64,000 nucleotides of DNA from Azolla caroliniana (taxonomy: Eukaryota > Plantae > Polypodiophyta). The stretch covers positions 1,488,001 through 1,552,000 of the forward strand of contig JBHGNT010000017.1 of NCBI GenBank assembly GCA_043228905.1, in the 5' to 3' direction. Made by a program: the position numbers and the translations under genes. Positions 49,780 to 63,913 of the stretch are shown in pieces; the stretch's first letter is position 1; the number at the start of each line of letters is the position of its first letter. The notes beneath the pieces were generated by a model. The model did not search any database and was not told the origin of the DNA. It saw nothing but the letters and a program-made list of their open reading frames with translations.

Positions 49780-52700
49780 TTTGGAAGTACTTCCTTCTTC
49801 TTCTTCTTCTTCTTCTTCTTTTTCTAATACGATGCCTCGCTTCTGTAAACAAGTTTTAGGTATTTACTGGAATACCCCTGCCTGGCTTCTCACAGAATTG
49901 CCCAAAATACCCTCATTCGAATTCAATACGTACATACCCTTGCATTTGATACCCATAAAGCCATATGGGTGTTCTTTTTTTTTGCTTCCATTCAAAAAGG
50001 GCCTTAACTTCGAGCGCCATGTCCATGTCCAAAACATACGAAACTTTGAAGATATGAGAAAGTCAAATGGAAGGTTGTATAGAAAAGGTCAAGTTATATA
50101 TATGTCAAGGTTTAGTCTTGATTTTGCTTAGTAGAATACTATGGGGAAATCTAGCGGACATGGGAATCGGGATCCCGTAACGGATCACAAGTTAAACAAG
50201 CCACAAATACATAGGAACTCATAATGTTTTGGGTGATAATTGAGGGGGGGGAGGAGGAAACAACTCAATGTTTTTTTGGGTAACACTTTTATTACTAGTG
50301 GGAAACCTCAAAGTGAGGTGAAAACCCACAAAGAATAAAGAGAAATATACAAGTGCCGATTAGGAGGAAACAACTCAAAATATGTAGGCCTCCCTCCTCT
50401 CGTTGCTTGGTTGTTTCATCCACAACACAAATGTCAGTGACCCCTCTAGCAAACAATTCGATTCACACTACCAATTATACCACATATTAAGTTGAATTTT
50501 GAAATTAAATTAGAGAAAGAGCATCATGGGCAAACTTTGGAATGAGCCATACACAATGACTTTTGTGTTCTTTCTTTCAATGTTGAACCTTTGCTTGGAT
50601 AGTATTATGTCTTTACATACGGATGGAACTAAATATTGGTGCTTTTTGAGTGACGTTGAATTATTTACTTGATAAAGACTCAAGATTATCTTTTTAATGT
50701 ATAGTTTCTGTGATTCAATTGGTAGCTATATAATTTTTATTTATTAAAGCATTTGAGATATTTATCATATTGAAAAGTTGCACAACGTTGGATTATGAAT
50801 GGAATGGGCTTGCATTCCCCTATCACAAAAGATATTTCTGAAAATAAAGACAAGTGGAATGACTTTATGAGCATTCTATGAGAATTTATCATGTTGAAAT
50901 GCTAAACATAGTGATCATTGATATTTTAGGTTCGTCTTTGTGGGCAAAAACAGGTGCTTTTGGTGAGATAGTTTTGGTAAAAAACTAATTTGAAGAAGCA
51001 TTTTCAACTTCCGGTGGCGTTGGGGAAAGTTCGAACATTCGTTCTTTTAAGTTTTGAGATAATAAATTTCCTTAGTCAATTCGTCAAATATTGAACAGTG
51101 GGCCGACCACCTTACAACCACCTTTGAGAAGGTCCAAAACCCGTCACAACAGTGGGCCTAAGGACTTGTCACGACAATGGGTCAAGACTCAAGAGCCCTT
51201 GTCAAACAACTAATGATTGAGGAAATACTATAATTCATTCATTATAATGAATGTTGTAATGCATCCGTGGCCAGATTGTTAAATGCGAAACACCGTCCTT
51301 ACAACCACCTACTACTAGAAGGTCCACGATTTCATCGCATCAATGGGTCACACAACTTGTGGGCAAACACTACAAACAAACAAAAGCTTCGGTTCTTACA
51401 ATCATGGCAAGGTACAGACAAGCTAGTTTTCTAAGTCCTCCCATGTAATCACAAAAAATGTATAGGGTGGTTGAAAGACACAAAGTTTTCCAAAAAATAT
51501 CTTCGAGTTAGTTGGACTTAAATTTCCAACCCTTTGGATTCCCCCCCTTGTTCAATTGACAATGATGCCGGGGGCGCTACAATCGCAACTTAAATGTCCA
51601 AGCCCTTGGAGAAAACGGTCTCTAGGGGCACTTTGGGAATTAGCCAAAAAGCCAACAGCTTCATGATAATACATAATGATTAATAGTAGTCATAATAATG
51701 ATTACTACTACTATTACTGGTATTATCAATATTAAATAATGATTAATATTATCTATCATTCTAGTATTATTAACAGTGATAATGACTAATATGTACTAAT
51801 AATAGTAGTAATATAGAAGTAATGACAAAAATAATAGTACTACTAAGACTACTAATTATAATTAGTAAATGAAATTAAGCCCTTTTGAGCTGCCCATTAG
51901 CATTGCGCCACGTGGCCGCCGCTTTTCTGCTCCCCGCCCCCTCCCTCGCGCAGGTCGGAGGAGGCAGAGAAGCTTCTTCCTCATCATCACGTTCCGACTG
52001 GAAATTTAGGGTTTCGAAATTAGGGTTCCCGCACTCGTTTCCGCCATCGCTCCCCCAGAACTGACCGATCTATATTTCTCATGTTTCATTTCTTCTTTTC
52101 TTCCTTCTTCCAAGAAATGTTTGATCTCTTTCTCTGTGTTAGAAATTAGGGTTCCCCCCCCCCCCCCCCCTATCCACTGTCCTCGTTCATTTTCCTGCTT
52201 CCGAGAACCATCTGATCTATTTCTGATTGTTGAAACTAGGATCCCATATTTATTTCCCCAGGGTTTCATTTCAAAGAATTTATCATCTCTACTCATACAA
52301 ACATCTCTCTTCCTGAATTGCAGAAGTTTCCTGGCTTGCTTGTACTCTTCTGTGAAGCTCAGGGATTTTCAATTAGGTGATCTCTTCTTTCTCTGTGGAG
52401 TATGGTTCTCATGGTTTCTGGCTGAGAATAGATCGCCTCTCTTCAACAAAGGAAGAAACCTTATTTGAAAGTTTGTTGCCTTCCTTCCATTCATTTATGA
52501 AGCTGAAGGAGCAGCAATGAGCCGGCTTCTTATTATTTTGTGAAATTAGACTTGTGCAGAAGTTGCCTGAAATTCTTCACTGGAACAAATTCAACGAGTT
52601 TCTCGCTTCTTTCCTATCGACAATATGGTGTCTTTTGTTTGCTGTATCACCAAAGAGGAAGAGGAATAGGGAGAAGAATCATTCTAGAAACGTTTCTGCA

Positions 52701-52926
52701 TATATTTCATTCGTTTGTGAAGCTAGAGAGCCACGGGGAGCTCGTTTCTTCTGTCTTTGGGAAACTAGGGGTTGGTGGATATCGACGTCAACAAAGAAGA
52801 AGCTTTGTGCAAACTTTGCCGTCTTTCCTTCACTCATTATCAAGCTAAGAGAGAAACTGAGTTTTTTTATCTTTATTGTTTAATGACTTCCTGGATGCTG
52901 GCGATATCTATTTGAAATAGTAGACG

Positions 52927-55900
52927 ATGAGGTGGACACAGGTCGATTTGAAATGGTACATTTTTCACATCCTTTTCAAATTGTTTGTTTCACTTCTTTG
53001 TTGTAATCTATGGTGAACAAGCTTTTGTTGCTTCAATGTTTCCAATGGTTGACTTGTCTGATTGTGAAATTCTTGTTGTTTCTGTTTGAATTTTGCAGGT
53101 ATGATGCCTTCTTTCTTGCCATGCTTGCAGTCAGTGCGTATCCTCTTTAGTAGTTATTCCAAACAATTCATATGACAATGATCTCCACAAGCCATTACAA
53201 CACATTCATCACTGCGATTCTTTGCAAGAGTAACATAACTTACATGCAATAATATTTTCTTGTAGGGGAAAACATTCCTTTACTAATCAACCGATCTTTA
53301 TTTTCATCCATGAAAGTATGAGAAAATTGACACAAATCTTAGGAATATAGTAGATGTGATTATTTCGGAATTTTATGTTTCCTTTGATAGTCCAACAAGT
53401 CTGAAAATTGACGTGGCTGCTATAAGGAGGGAGGAGGAGGGAGATTTGTAATAAAAACGTGTATCACACAGGTATGGGTGGTTACAAATCCACCCCTGCA
53501 TTCATGAAAGATAAGTACACCAAGTGCCTCAACCCTTCAGCTTGGATCAGTGAAGATCAATCATTAACCAACTTGGTTTTGTTTGTAATCTCTGTGTCAC
53601 TCTTTCGCCTGAAACACTGCTTTGTAAGCTTCTTTTGCACATAGTATACTGTGGATCTAAACTGCCATCCTGCTTGTTGTTACATTCATTACTGTTTCCT
53701 GAGACTTGTTTTCTTCACAATTTTTTAACCAATTCCCAAATTGATTGTTGGAATGTTTAATCATTTCTATCTATTGAAAATGTCTAATACTTCGAAAGAT
53801 ACACCCAATCTTAACCACAAAGTAGAATTGTCATTTCAATCAATTGGGAGAAATACAGCACCTGTACATATCCACTGCAGATTTGGATAATGGTAAGATA
53901 CTGACCACTCCTTAATGCCTCACACTATAACAGATTTATAGAAATGATTAATTATCGAAAGCTTTCTTTCGCTTCATTGCAGGTAGATTATGCGACTATA
54001 TTTGTTTTCCGCAGTCTTATGTTCATTGACAGTGGGCTTTCAGCAGGTTTGAGATTGTAAGTAAAGTAAAATGTCTCAAAGTACTTTGTTCTTATCTGTT
54101 TCTGTTCCTGTGACATGCTTATTGCCTATTTACCATTAGATTGCACAATGAAGCATGTCTGGATCCTAGTCACCAAATGTGACAAATTATGCAGACTCTT
54201 GTCTTGCAATTGAAAATAGCTTATTAAAATCATTTGAAAGGAAATGTCAAATGAAACCTATTAGAGACATGTAAGCAACCAAGTGTTTGGAAACAATTAG
54301 TGGAACTTCTGTTATCATTGAAGCAATTTTCTTGCTTGATATATCCTTGATATTAGAGGAGAATTAATGGTGTTCAAATTAAAGTAATGATCCATCACTC
54401 AAAGAAGTTGTGCACACCAAAAGATGACACATTCTGCTTACGAAATTTGATTAGTAAAATGCAATATGATCTAGCCTACTAATTTGGGATTTTAGCATTT
54501 AGCATTTTAGTTTTTCGTTGGATTTTGATTAATTAACTCATAACATTATGTCCTAACTTTCTGTCTTTAATTAGCATAGCATACATTTGGGATTTTAGCA
54601 TTTTTAATTTTAGTTTTTCGTTGGATTTTGATTAATTTTCTCATAACATTATGTCTAACTTTCTGTCTTTAATTAGCATAGCATACATATGATTCAACCC
54701 AGAGGTCAATCCCTAACTTCCAAAAGGGATATTGTATTTCCAATATCTATTAGGAGAAAAGAAAAAGAGAAACTCTAATGGCCAAACAACTAGCTATGTA
54801 TAAATTACTGTACCATAAAGAATCATGCATGGAGTGGAAAGGCCTCAGAGGGCTCACTTTTAGTATAGAAGAAGGATCTTGATCTAGTTCTAGATCTGAA
54901 CCATGAGTGGATTAAATCTTTCCCATTTCTCTATTTATGCAGGCATAATGATAATTCACAAATGTCTATGAGATTCAAGGGAAGGGTTATAGTCTTATCA
55001 TGCTTGGGGTTAGGTCTCTATCCATTCCTTTGGGCTTGGACAGTTATTGGCTGTATATGGTTCACCAATTCAAGAAACTGTGTGAGTAATGGAATGATTT
55101 CTCTGGCACAGTATTTTGACGTTTGCATTTCTCACATTCTATTATTGAGAAATTGACAGATTCCGGAAGGGCAAAAATGGGGCTTCTTGGTTTGGCTTAT
55201 CTTCAGCTACAGTGCATTGATATGTATTGCATGCTTGTCAACAGGAAAGGTAATCTTTCAATATATGAATTTATGTGATGACTTGGCTATTATGTATCGA
55301 GGGGTTTTCTAATTCAATGTTCTGTATACAAAAACACCACATAAGGATGGCTATGACGTAAGATAATAGATTTTGGGCATCTTCATTTGCATGCCAATGA
55401 ATTAAGACTGGTAGATTGGAGAACCACAAAACTTTAGCCCTTTTAATTTGCACATCATATCATTTATAAAGCCGAATTATAGGACATAGACAATACAGCC
55501 TCCATCCTTGGTGTCTGAAATTATGAGGTATAATATTAGAATTATTTGTGACAAACAGATAAGAATGAAAGCAGCATATTGAATCTACATGAAGACCTTA
55601 CAGGAGTTTTAAATAATCATAACATAAGTGAGACTCAAAATAAATTTGGAGTTTGGAACTTAATTCATGCTCTCTTGTGATAGTGGCTGATTCGGCGCCA
55701 ACTGCATCTTGAACAGGCATCACACGACTCTGAGTTCTCCAACTTGCAGGTAGAATTTCTATGTTTCTGGACACTTGCAATAGTTGCAGTTGCATTCAAA
55801 ATAAAAATATGCGCACTCCTCTACAGGTCTTGGTAGATCTTATCAGAGCTCCAGAATGGGCAATTCAAAATGCCACGTCTCGTCAAGAAATACGAGGGGC

Positions 55901-56620
55901 ATTGGATGCTGCAACATACCACCCTGCACATTTTTTGACACAAAGCCATGTTTGTGACATTCTTTTGTGATGGTTATTAAGATATTGTCTCCGGAGCTAT
56001 TGCCTGATGGTAGTAGTCTATGCAAGTAATATACAAATTGTTTCTCATCCCGAATCTTTTCTTTCCAGAGGGATCTAATAGAAGGGTTGATTCAACAACT
56101 CCCTAAGTTCCAACTTAAGGCAGTACCTACAGATTGCAATGAATGCCCAATTTGCTTGGAAGAATTCTGCGCAGGAAGCGAGGTATTCAAATTTTCTGCA
56201 TCTCTTTTTTGTTCTATTTGTATATCTTAGCTTACACTTGTCATTTTGAGAAATCTCTGTTCATATATCTGTTAAGATTTTTTGTGACAGGTGCGTGGTC
56301 TGCCCTGTGCCCACAATTTCCATGTTGATTGCATTGATGAATGGCTGAGGCTCAATATCAAATGCCCCCGTTGTCGGTGCTCAGTTTTTCCTAATCTCAA
56401 TCTTTCTGCCCTTGAGAGTGGTAGCACTACACAACGAGCTCTTGGAATCGCAAATGTGTATTTCGGAACAAATGTTCCTATCCAGGTTCCTACTGGAGAG
56501 AGCTTACAAATTTCTCGCTATGTGAGGGCACCGATTAGTGAAAACAATCTCTTGCGACTCCAAGAGATACTTGGAACCATGAGAATGGAAAATGTATCAT
56601 ATCAAAGAAGCGAAAACTGA
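52927..56620 (+). CDS. SIS3: Transmembrane RING-H2 E3 ubiquitin ligase, SUGAR-INSENSITIVE 3 homologue, about 10 exons
   Basis: The spliced product reads [115 protein letters not shown], collinear with Arabidopsis SIS3. Confidence 0.9.
53138..53825 (+). other. Probable U12-type (minor spliceosome) GT-AG intron
   Basis: 5' site GTATCCTCTT; branch-site-like TCTTAAC at 53809-53815, 10 nt before the 3' end; no polypyrimidine tract. These borders keep the SIS3 frame. Confidence 0.8.
54480..54687. repeat. About 105-bp tandem duplication in a SIS3 intron
   Basis: atttgggattttagcattt..ttagcatagcatacat occurs twice. Confidence 0.85.
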
Positions 56621-57659
56621 TCCAAGGGAGTAGGCACAGACTAGATCAAGAGGTAGGTAGATCACAGGAAAGGCATTCTTCTTAGCCCTACTGTGCGTAG
56701 GACCACTCCTGAAACATCCCCGCATGACCAATTTCGACAATTGTTAATTAGATTGTTGAATAGTTTTATGGTAGCAAAAATGTATTAAAAATTGTTCATA
56801 GGCTTAGAAAATATACAAGCCATCATCACTTCGTAAATAGAACTACAAGATTGAAGCTCATGAGTTGTAATATTTGTTTTAAGCTCCAAAGAATGGGAAA
56901 ATGATGTAAAGCCTTGCAGGAAGGGAGACATCATCAGAAACACAAAGAGCAACCTTGTGAAAAAACAAGTTGCACTAGATCAGAAGAAAGAAAGTGTCTT
57001 GAATATCTTCCTTCAATAAAGGAATGGAAATGTTTTACATGCATGAAGGTCTTGATTCGGAGCCTCAACTCCTGCATGCTGTAGTATGACATTTATTCAG
57101 AGTTCATGATTTCTTTTTTCATAACCTAAGATATTCGCATTCGTAATCATGATTTGACACATAGACCCATGTGCACGTTTTTTTCTCCTTTCTATATAGA
57201 CATTTATCGGGATAATTAAATTGCATGGCCAAGTTAACAATCTAAAAATAGGTGAGATTTGTGGTTGCTTGTCTACCATCTGCCTAACATTTTAATATGG
57301 ATATTGAGGAAGTTTGTTATGCGACCATTTTAGTTGCTTAAAGAACTTTATTGATTTTTGTTGATACTATATGCCTAACATTGTTATGCCAATTTTAGTT
57401 AGTTCAAGGATTTTACTGATGTTCATTGATATTGTATGTCTAACATTTGACTGTAGCAAGTGAGTTGTTTGTTAAGGCCTTTTAAATAGTTCAAGCATTT
57501 TACAGATTTGCATAAAATTTTAGAATCAACATTGTGCATGGCAGAGAAAGTAGCGCTTGACCAAGCCTTATCCGTCTTTTATCGAAGATTGATGAGGTCT
57601 ACATAGAAGGTGGCATACTTCTCTCTAATGGGTTTATTAGCTAGAAATCTCAATATTGT

Positions 57660-59745
57660 ACTTGACTTTCACACCTTTGTCGGGGATCGAACATGTGTCA
57701 CCCGTGTGACAAACAAGAATACTCGCCACTATAATGAGTGTAATCTTTCCCTTGTGAACATTGGATATAGCCAGAAACTCTCTTACTTTGGTTTTCTTGA
57801 AAAAATTGGACTATAGCTCATTACATAGAAGACTTAAGATAAATCCTAAGTTAGGTTTTTGCAAATAGAAGCTTGGATTTTATTATTGGCACACAAAAGC
57901 TCGTGAGACCTGTCTTTTCCTTCAATATCCTTCCTATCCTACACTCTAATTGTTTGGTTTGTCATCAATAAAAAGGTAGTCATCATCTCCGCTCTCGAAG
58001 CACTCTAACTTTAACATCTCTCATTACCGATTTGATACTATTTATTTCTTGGTTTAATCGAGTATTGTCTAGTCTTGTGAGATAAATACATGTACTCAAT
58101 TTTTGTTAGGAGTGCCTAGCACCTTGAAGAGAACACGTGCTGCAATGCGAGTATGGGCAATAATCTCAAATTTGGACTAACTTTTACGTCGTTGCAAGGA
58201 TCAAACCCCGGTCACCTATGTGATGGGTGGGAATACTCATCACTATATTACTTTCAATGGTCATCTAATGCAATCTTTTCTATGTGAACATTTATTTAGT
58301 CAAAAACTCTTCTTTTGATTCTCCTTCCATGATTGAAGTTTAGCTCACTAAATAAGATACTTAGGATAAGTACCAAGTTACCTTTTTTCAAATACAAACT
58401 TGGATTTGGAATAAAAAAGCTTGTGAGATGTATGTCTTTTCCTTGAATATCCTTCCTATCCTATACTCTAATTGTTTGTATGGTCGTCAATAGAAAGGTA
58501 GTCATCATCAAAGGTAGTCATCATTTTCGCACTCGGAGCAATATAACTTTAATATCTCTCATTACCAATATGATTCTATATATTTCCTAGAGTGTTTGGT
58601 CTTGTGAGATAAATACATGTACTCAAAATTATGTTAGGAGTGCCTAGCACCTTAAAGAGAACATGTGTTGCAATGTGGGTATGGGCAACAATCTCAAATT
58701 TGGACTGACTTTTATGCAGTTGCAAAGATCGAACACAAGTCACTCATGTGATGAATACTTATCACTATACTACAACGATACATGCATACTTTGTTTTCAA
58801 TAGCCATCTTATGCAATCTTTTCCATGAATGTTTATTTAGTCAAAAACTCTTCTTTTGATTCTTCTTGCATGATTGAAGTTTAGCTCACTAATAAGAGAC
58901 TTAAGATAAGTACCAAGTTACCCTTTTGCAAATACAAGCTTGGATTTTATTGTTGAAACAAAAAAGCTCGTGAGACATGTATTTTCCTTGAATATCCTTC
59001 CTATCCTATACTCTAATTGTTTGTATTGTCGTCAATAGAAAGGTAGTCATCATCTTCGCTCTCGAAGCAATCTAACTTTAATATCTCTCATTACCAATTT
59101 GATTCTATATAATTCCTAGATCTGGTCTTGTGAGATAAATGCATGTACTCATATTCTGTTAGGGGTGCCTAGCACCTTGAAGAGAATATGTGGTACAATG
59201 CCAGTTTAAGCAACGATCTCAAATTTGTATTGACTTTTAAGCTATTGTAGGGGATTGAACCCGGGTCACCCATTTGACAAGCCGGAATAATCACCACTAA
59301 ACAACAAGCCATGTGTACATTGGTTTCAATAATTATCTAATTCAAACTTTTCCATGTGAACATTTATTTAGTCAAAAACTTTTCTTTTTATTTTCCTTGC
59401 ATGTTTAAAGTTTAGGTTGCTATATAAGAGACTTAAGAAAAGTACCACGTTATGTTTTTGCAAATACTAGCTTGGATTTTATTGTTGGAACAAAAAAACT
59501 TGTGAGACATGTCTTTTCCTTGAATATTCTTCCTATCCTACACTCTAATTGTTTGGATTGTTGTCAATAAAAAGGTAGTCATCATCTTTGTTCTCAAAGT
59601 AATATAGGTTTAACATTTCTCATTACCAATTTGTTTCTATTTATTTCCTCATTCAATATGAGATAAGTACATGTATTCAAAATTGTTAGGAGTGCATAGT
59701 ATCTTTAAGAGAAATGAGGTTGAATGCAAGTATGAGCAACAAACT
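57660..59745 (-). repeat. Tandem array of ~520-530-bp units, each with a degenerate tRNA-Asp(GTC) copy
   Basis: Units share atatccttcctatccta.actctaattg and gttaggagtgcctagcacctt. tRNA-like segments at about 57672-57733, 58187-58252, 58715-58778 and 59240-59310 resemble the reverse complement of plant nuclear tRNA-Asp. Confidence 0.82.
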
Positions 59746-59880
59746 TTCTCGACGTTACCTCAATGAGTATCAAAAAATGAAGCATGTACTTCTCTCAATC
59801 ATTTATCTATAGAATTCCCCTTCATGTTGATCTCTCAAACGAAATCCTTTACTATACTCAACACCCACTATCGACGCAAT

Positions 59881-60063
59881 GTTAGAATCCTAGCCCTTCC
59901 AGAGTGGTATCTCACTGATGGCTCAGGCCCCTCCTAGCCCTTCCACCTAAGCTGCACAAGAAGAGCTCGAAGCCAATCCCAGGGATCAGTGAAGCTTCAT
60001 AGAGTCTTTCTGTCCACGTGTGGGTAGTCCGCATCTTCACAGACATGTCTATTTCACCGAGTC
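59881..60063 (-). pseudogene. rrn23: Plastid 23S rRNA fragment (NUPT)
   Basis: The reverse complement reads GACTCGGTGAAATAGACATGTCTGTGAAGATGCGGACTACC..GGACAGAAAGAC..CATCAGTGAGATACCACTCTGGAAGGGCTAG, matching chloroplast 23S rRNA with some substitutions and a small deletion. Confidence 0.85.
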
Positions 60064-60568
60064 GTGCTTGACATTTGTCGGAGAAAGCACACAAATGTTG
60101 AACTCAAAACATAAATAGAACTTCCTATTGTTGGCCATTACCGTTAGAGATTCCCTGATTTCCTGCTTCAAATCCAACACCAATTCCAACCTTTACTGAG
60201 TATGAATCTATGCTTGTTAAGGATCTATATTTCCTGGCCCAACCACCATCTTATGAAAGTATAGATGGGCAGGTACACAAGTTCACAAAATAACTCTTCC
60301 TACTTTAAGCAGTCAACTGATAATGCAACCATCATATTCTTATACAATGAAGATAGATCATTTGTAAGCTATTTTGAGTTGCCCATGGTTAAATTCGTTT
60401 TGAAATAACAAAGGTCACCTTCAAATAGCATGTGAAATAGCATAGGAAACGAAGGCTGTTGGACATAGCATAGAAAGAATACCTATGACAAAATTCAATC
60501 TAAAATAACGAAGGCTAGTTTCAAATGTGTATGGTAGAAAGCATACACGACCCAGAGTACGCCAGAAA

Positions 60569-60789
60569 AAGAATCCTTATTTTAAATCAAAATTAAAATT
60601 CCTGCGTTGTGCAAATTCCAATATATATGCACAGCAGATTCCAGCTTCCATTCTGAACAGAATTCAGAATTGTGTATAAAGAATCCTTATTTTAAATCAA
60701 AATTAAAATTCCTGTGTTGTGCAAATTCCAATATATATGCACAGTAGATTCCAGGTTCCATTCTGAACAGAATTCAGAATATTGTGTAT
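60569..60789. repeat. 110-bp tandem duplication
   Basis: aagaatccttattttaaatcaaaattaaaattcctg..gaattcagaat occurs at about 60569 and 60679. Confidence 0.9.
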
Positions 60790-61820
60790 TGTTCTAATTA
60801 TACAAGCCATAAGAGAAAAGAATGTCATATGCTGCTTATCATATGGCATACATTGGCGTCCATTTTTTAACTAAAATAAAAGAAGGCAATGGGCAAGAAT
60901 AACTTAAAACCATTCAGACATGAATAGAATCCACAACAGCAGAACTAGTCAATCACATATTTCAATATTAAAGGATATGCAAAAATTTAAGAAGCCAGTT
61001 CCAAGCAGAGCATTAAGTTGCTTTTAAGTACAGTAAATTAAAGAGATCTGTATGTGCTGACAATGATCTCTAAAACCATGCATTCACCATCCACTTCTGA
61101 TATATATGATGTTCATCTGCTTCCCATGGGAGGCCTACTCCTTTCCATGACGTAGAATAACAGAGCTCTAAGCATCCAAAAATCTCCTGTTTAGCTGTGG
61201 CATGTAGATTTGATAAGGAAGACTAATGTCGAACTTCAACAATCAGGCACAAAACTTCACTTTGGCTTCGAACACTAACCAGTGATAGCTATATATAGAA
61301 CATATATAGAGCTATCCATATATTACATTATAGATAGCTATCAACCAATATCCTGAAGAAATGAATAGATAAGTTTAAGACCACCTTCATCCACCGTAAC
61401 CAAAAGGCCTTGTCTGTTAGAAACTGCTGCTGCTCTGAGACTACTCAAACAGCCGTGTATAACTGTTTCTGCGGATAACCATCCTCGTCAATTGTAACTG
61501 GCTTTTATATCCTAACACTAGAATCATTCTATAGATGTCACCTAGACAGCCACCCATACATAATAAACCTACAGACCACACAACCAAAAGACACTCATAA
61601 AAAACAGAAGGGAAAGCATGCAACAAAATTTCTAAGCACGATGTTATATATGAGCAGAGAGCAAAAATAAAATAAAGACACGATAGGCTTGGCTCTGCTG
61701 ATCATGGCCCAACTTTTATCCAGCATCCTGCAAAGAGTGAAGGAGTCAATTAAATGATAAAATATAGGTGGAACAAATCTCTAGAATGAATTAATAATAA
61801 TTACCTGTGGGTTTCAACTT

Positions 61821-63913
61821 CTAATGACTACTTTTAGACGGAGATGGTGAGCTGCTTCTGCTGCTAGGACTACTGCTTTCTCTTGGTCTACACACATTTT
61901 CATTATTGTTAAAATCCTATTCCAAAACTAAATTGAAGATTGTAAGAAAGCTTCGAACTACCTCCTGGGGCTCCTGCTTTTAGAGGACTTTCTAAGGGGT
62001 CGTGGAGACCTCTGCAAACAATATTAACAAATCTGCTTTACTCATAGGTCTAAAATATTAAAAATTTCAGAATTTCATATATTAAAGCTAATGATAAGGA
62101 CCTTTCGAACTGGTGATGGTGATGAGTATGAACTTGATCTTCCACGCCGTCTAACTGGAGACCGTGCCCTATTCACCAGAAACCGAGTTAGTTTCCCTTC
62201 GTTATCAAAAAATATAAGGCATTCGATTTAGATGTCATGTACCTTCTGGGTGCTGAGCGAGAGCGAGACCTCAAAGGACGCCGAGGCGGAGATCTTGATC
62301 GTCTTCGGATAGGTGGTGACCTTCGAGGGGGAGAGCGCACACGTCTAGCTGGGGGCGGAGACCTTCATCACCAATTGAGAGTTAAATTAAAAAATATTCT
62401 TTGGGCATAATGTAAACTACAATGATAGGCCATAAGTTGTAGCACAGGAACAAATCTAAAGTGTGCAACCGATAAACTGTAAAGAACAAGTGGGTGTAAG
62501 TCAGTTGGTAAAGGGTTCAACCCAACCCATAAATACATCACTAGGTTTACACAGAGAAATAGCAAAATAGGTCAGTTATGAACCCAATGCTTGAGAATGA
62601 CCCATCACGAACATAGGCCTGTCCATGTAAAAAGAAAACTGTAAAATAAAATATAGAAACAGTTACCTCCTTCGTAGCACAGGGGATCTTTGCCTCACTG
62701 GACTTCCTCTTCCTCGGCGGGGAGATCTACATGGCACAGGTATACTGATTCACTTACTTTTATCTACACAAGTAATACCGAAAACAAAAATCGATTTCAA
62801 AAGAAAAATTACCTGATAGGTGATCTCCGCCTTCTACGTGGTGGTGATGGGGATCTCCTCCTTGGAGAACTAGCAGGAGGATGACGGGCACCTTCAGGAC
62901 CTCTCCGCCTTGGTGAAACCCCTCGTCGCCTCTCAGCAGATGGAGACCTCCGTCGTAGTGCTGGCGATGGTGACTTTCTACGTGGAGCTATAATTGAATG
63001 AACCAAAGCCAACTCAGTGCCAAGACATATACTTCGAGAAAATGTTCCCAGTGAGTGATTTTAAGCTATATATTTATCAACAGTACATATCATCATTGAA
63101 GTAACAGTCGTATCAATGCAGTTGTGCAAAAGCATTAAGTCTACACACTCCCAAAACTAGATTCAGTATAAATACATTTGAAGTATTCGGTCACAGAACC
63201 TGAAGCCCAGTAAGAGATACAAAGTCTAGTAAAAGATACTTCACAACCATTGAAGGCTATGCTTATGTAGTTGACACATCCCAAACAACACAATAAAAAA
63301 CCCCTAGAATCCACAGACACGAAAAATTGGTCAACTATTCTGTAGATGGTTAGCCTACAAAGTCACAATACACTAGTAATGAATGGTACTAAAAATAGCA
63401 TACATTCTCGACGTCGAGAAAGACCATCTTTCTCCCCTTCGCCTTGGTTAGTTGCTCTTCCACCTGAACTCTTTCTTGAGGGCAGTGGATCCTGTTTAGG
63501 AGGTGGTGATGGTTTCTTTGTAGGAAGAAGTCCAAACTTTATATTAATTATGTTGCCATCAATTTGGCCCTGCAACAGAAAAGTTATAATTCGATGGAGT
63601 TAATCACCCATTAGAATCCCTGAACAATTTTTCATGCCAAAAATAATAGGCATTATTCCATGCTCATCCATTAGAATACTTTGCAAGACTATCATCTACA
63701 TACTTCATGAAGGTGGAGTTGAGCCTTTACAGCATCTGCCTTATTTTTGAAAAACACATATCCATATCCCCTAGGGAGTTGAACCTGAAATAAACCAGGA
63801 AATCACTGAATATTTGTGCGCAAAACAGATTGAAAATATGGTAACAAAAGGGCCCAAAAAATTACCTGTCTATCCATAGCAAGCTCTACCTTCACAATAT
63901 CCCCATAATTACC
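61821..63913 (-). CDS. SR45: Serine/arginine-rich splicing factor SR45-like, 3' portion; the 5' end is outside the window
   Basis: RRM exons (NYGDIVKVELAMDR; PRGYGYVFFKNKADAVKAQLHLHE; GQIDGNIINIKF) followed by several R/S/P-rich exons (RRRSPSPPRRRRRSPIR..). Stop TAG at 61821-61823, with a donor site just downstream in the 3' UTR. Confidence 0.87.

Noticed and set aside
49652-50131. Poly-Arg and poly-Ser ORFs
   Set aside because: They arise from a (TCT)n microsatellite in the 5' region of the AT5G11810-like gene.
52006-52883. Several 96-115-aa ORFs upstream of SIS3
   Set aside because: No recognisable homology. The region looks like promoter, 5' UTR and leader intron sequence.
58187-58252. 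Functional tRNA gene
   Set aside because: The anticodon is altered and the stem and T-loop carry mismatches. Treated as a pseudogene within the array.
62727-62747. Two in-frame acceptor AGs 18 nt apart in SR45, recalling the SR45.1/SR45.2 isoforms
   Set aside because: The upstream AG has a poor pyrimidine context and the position does not clearly match the Arabidopsis event. It cannot be supported without RNA data.
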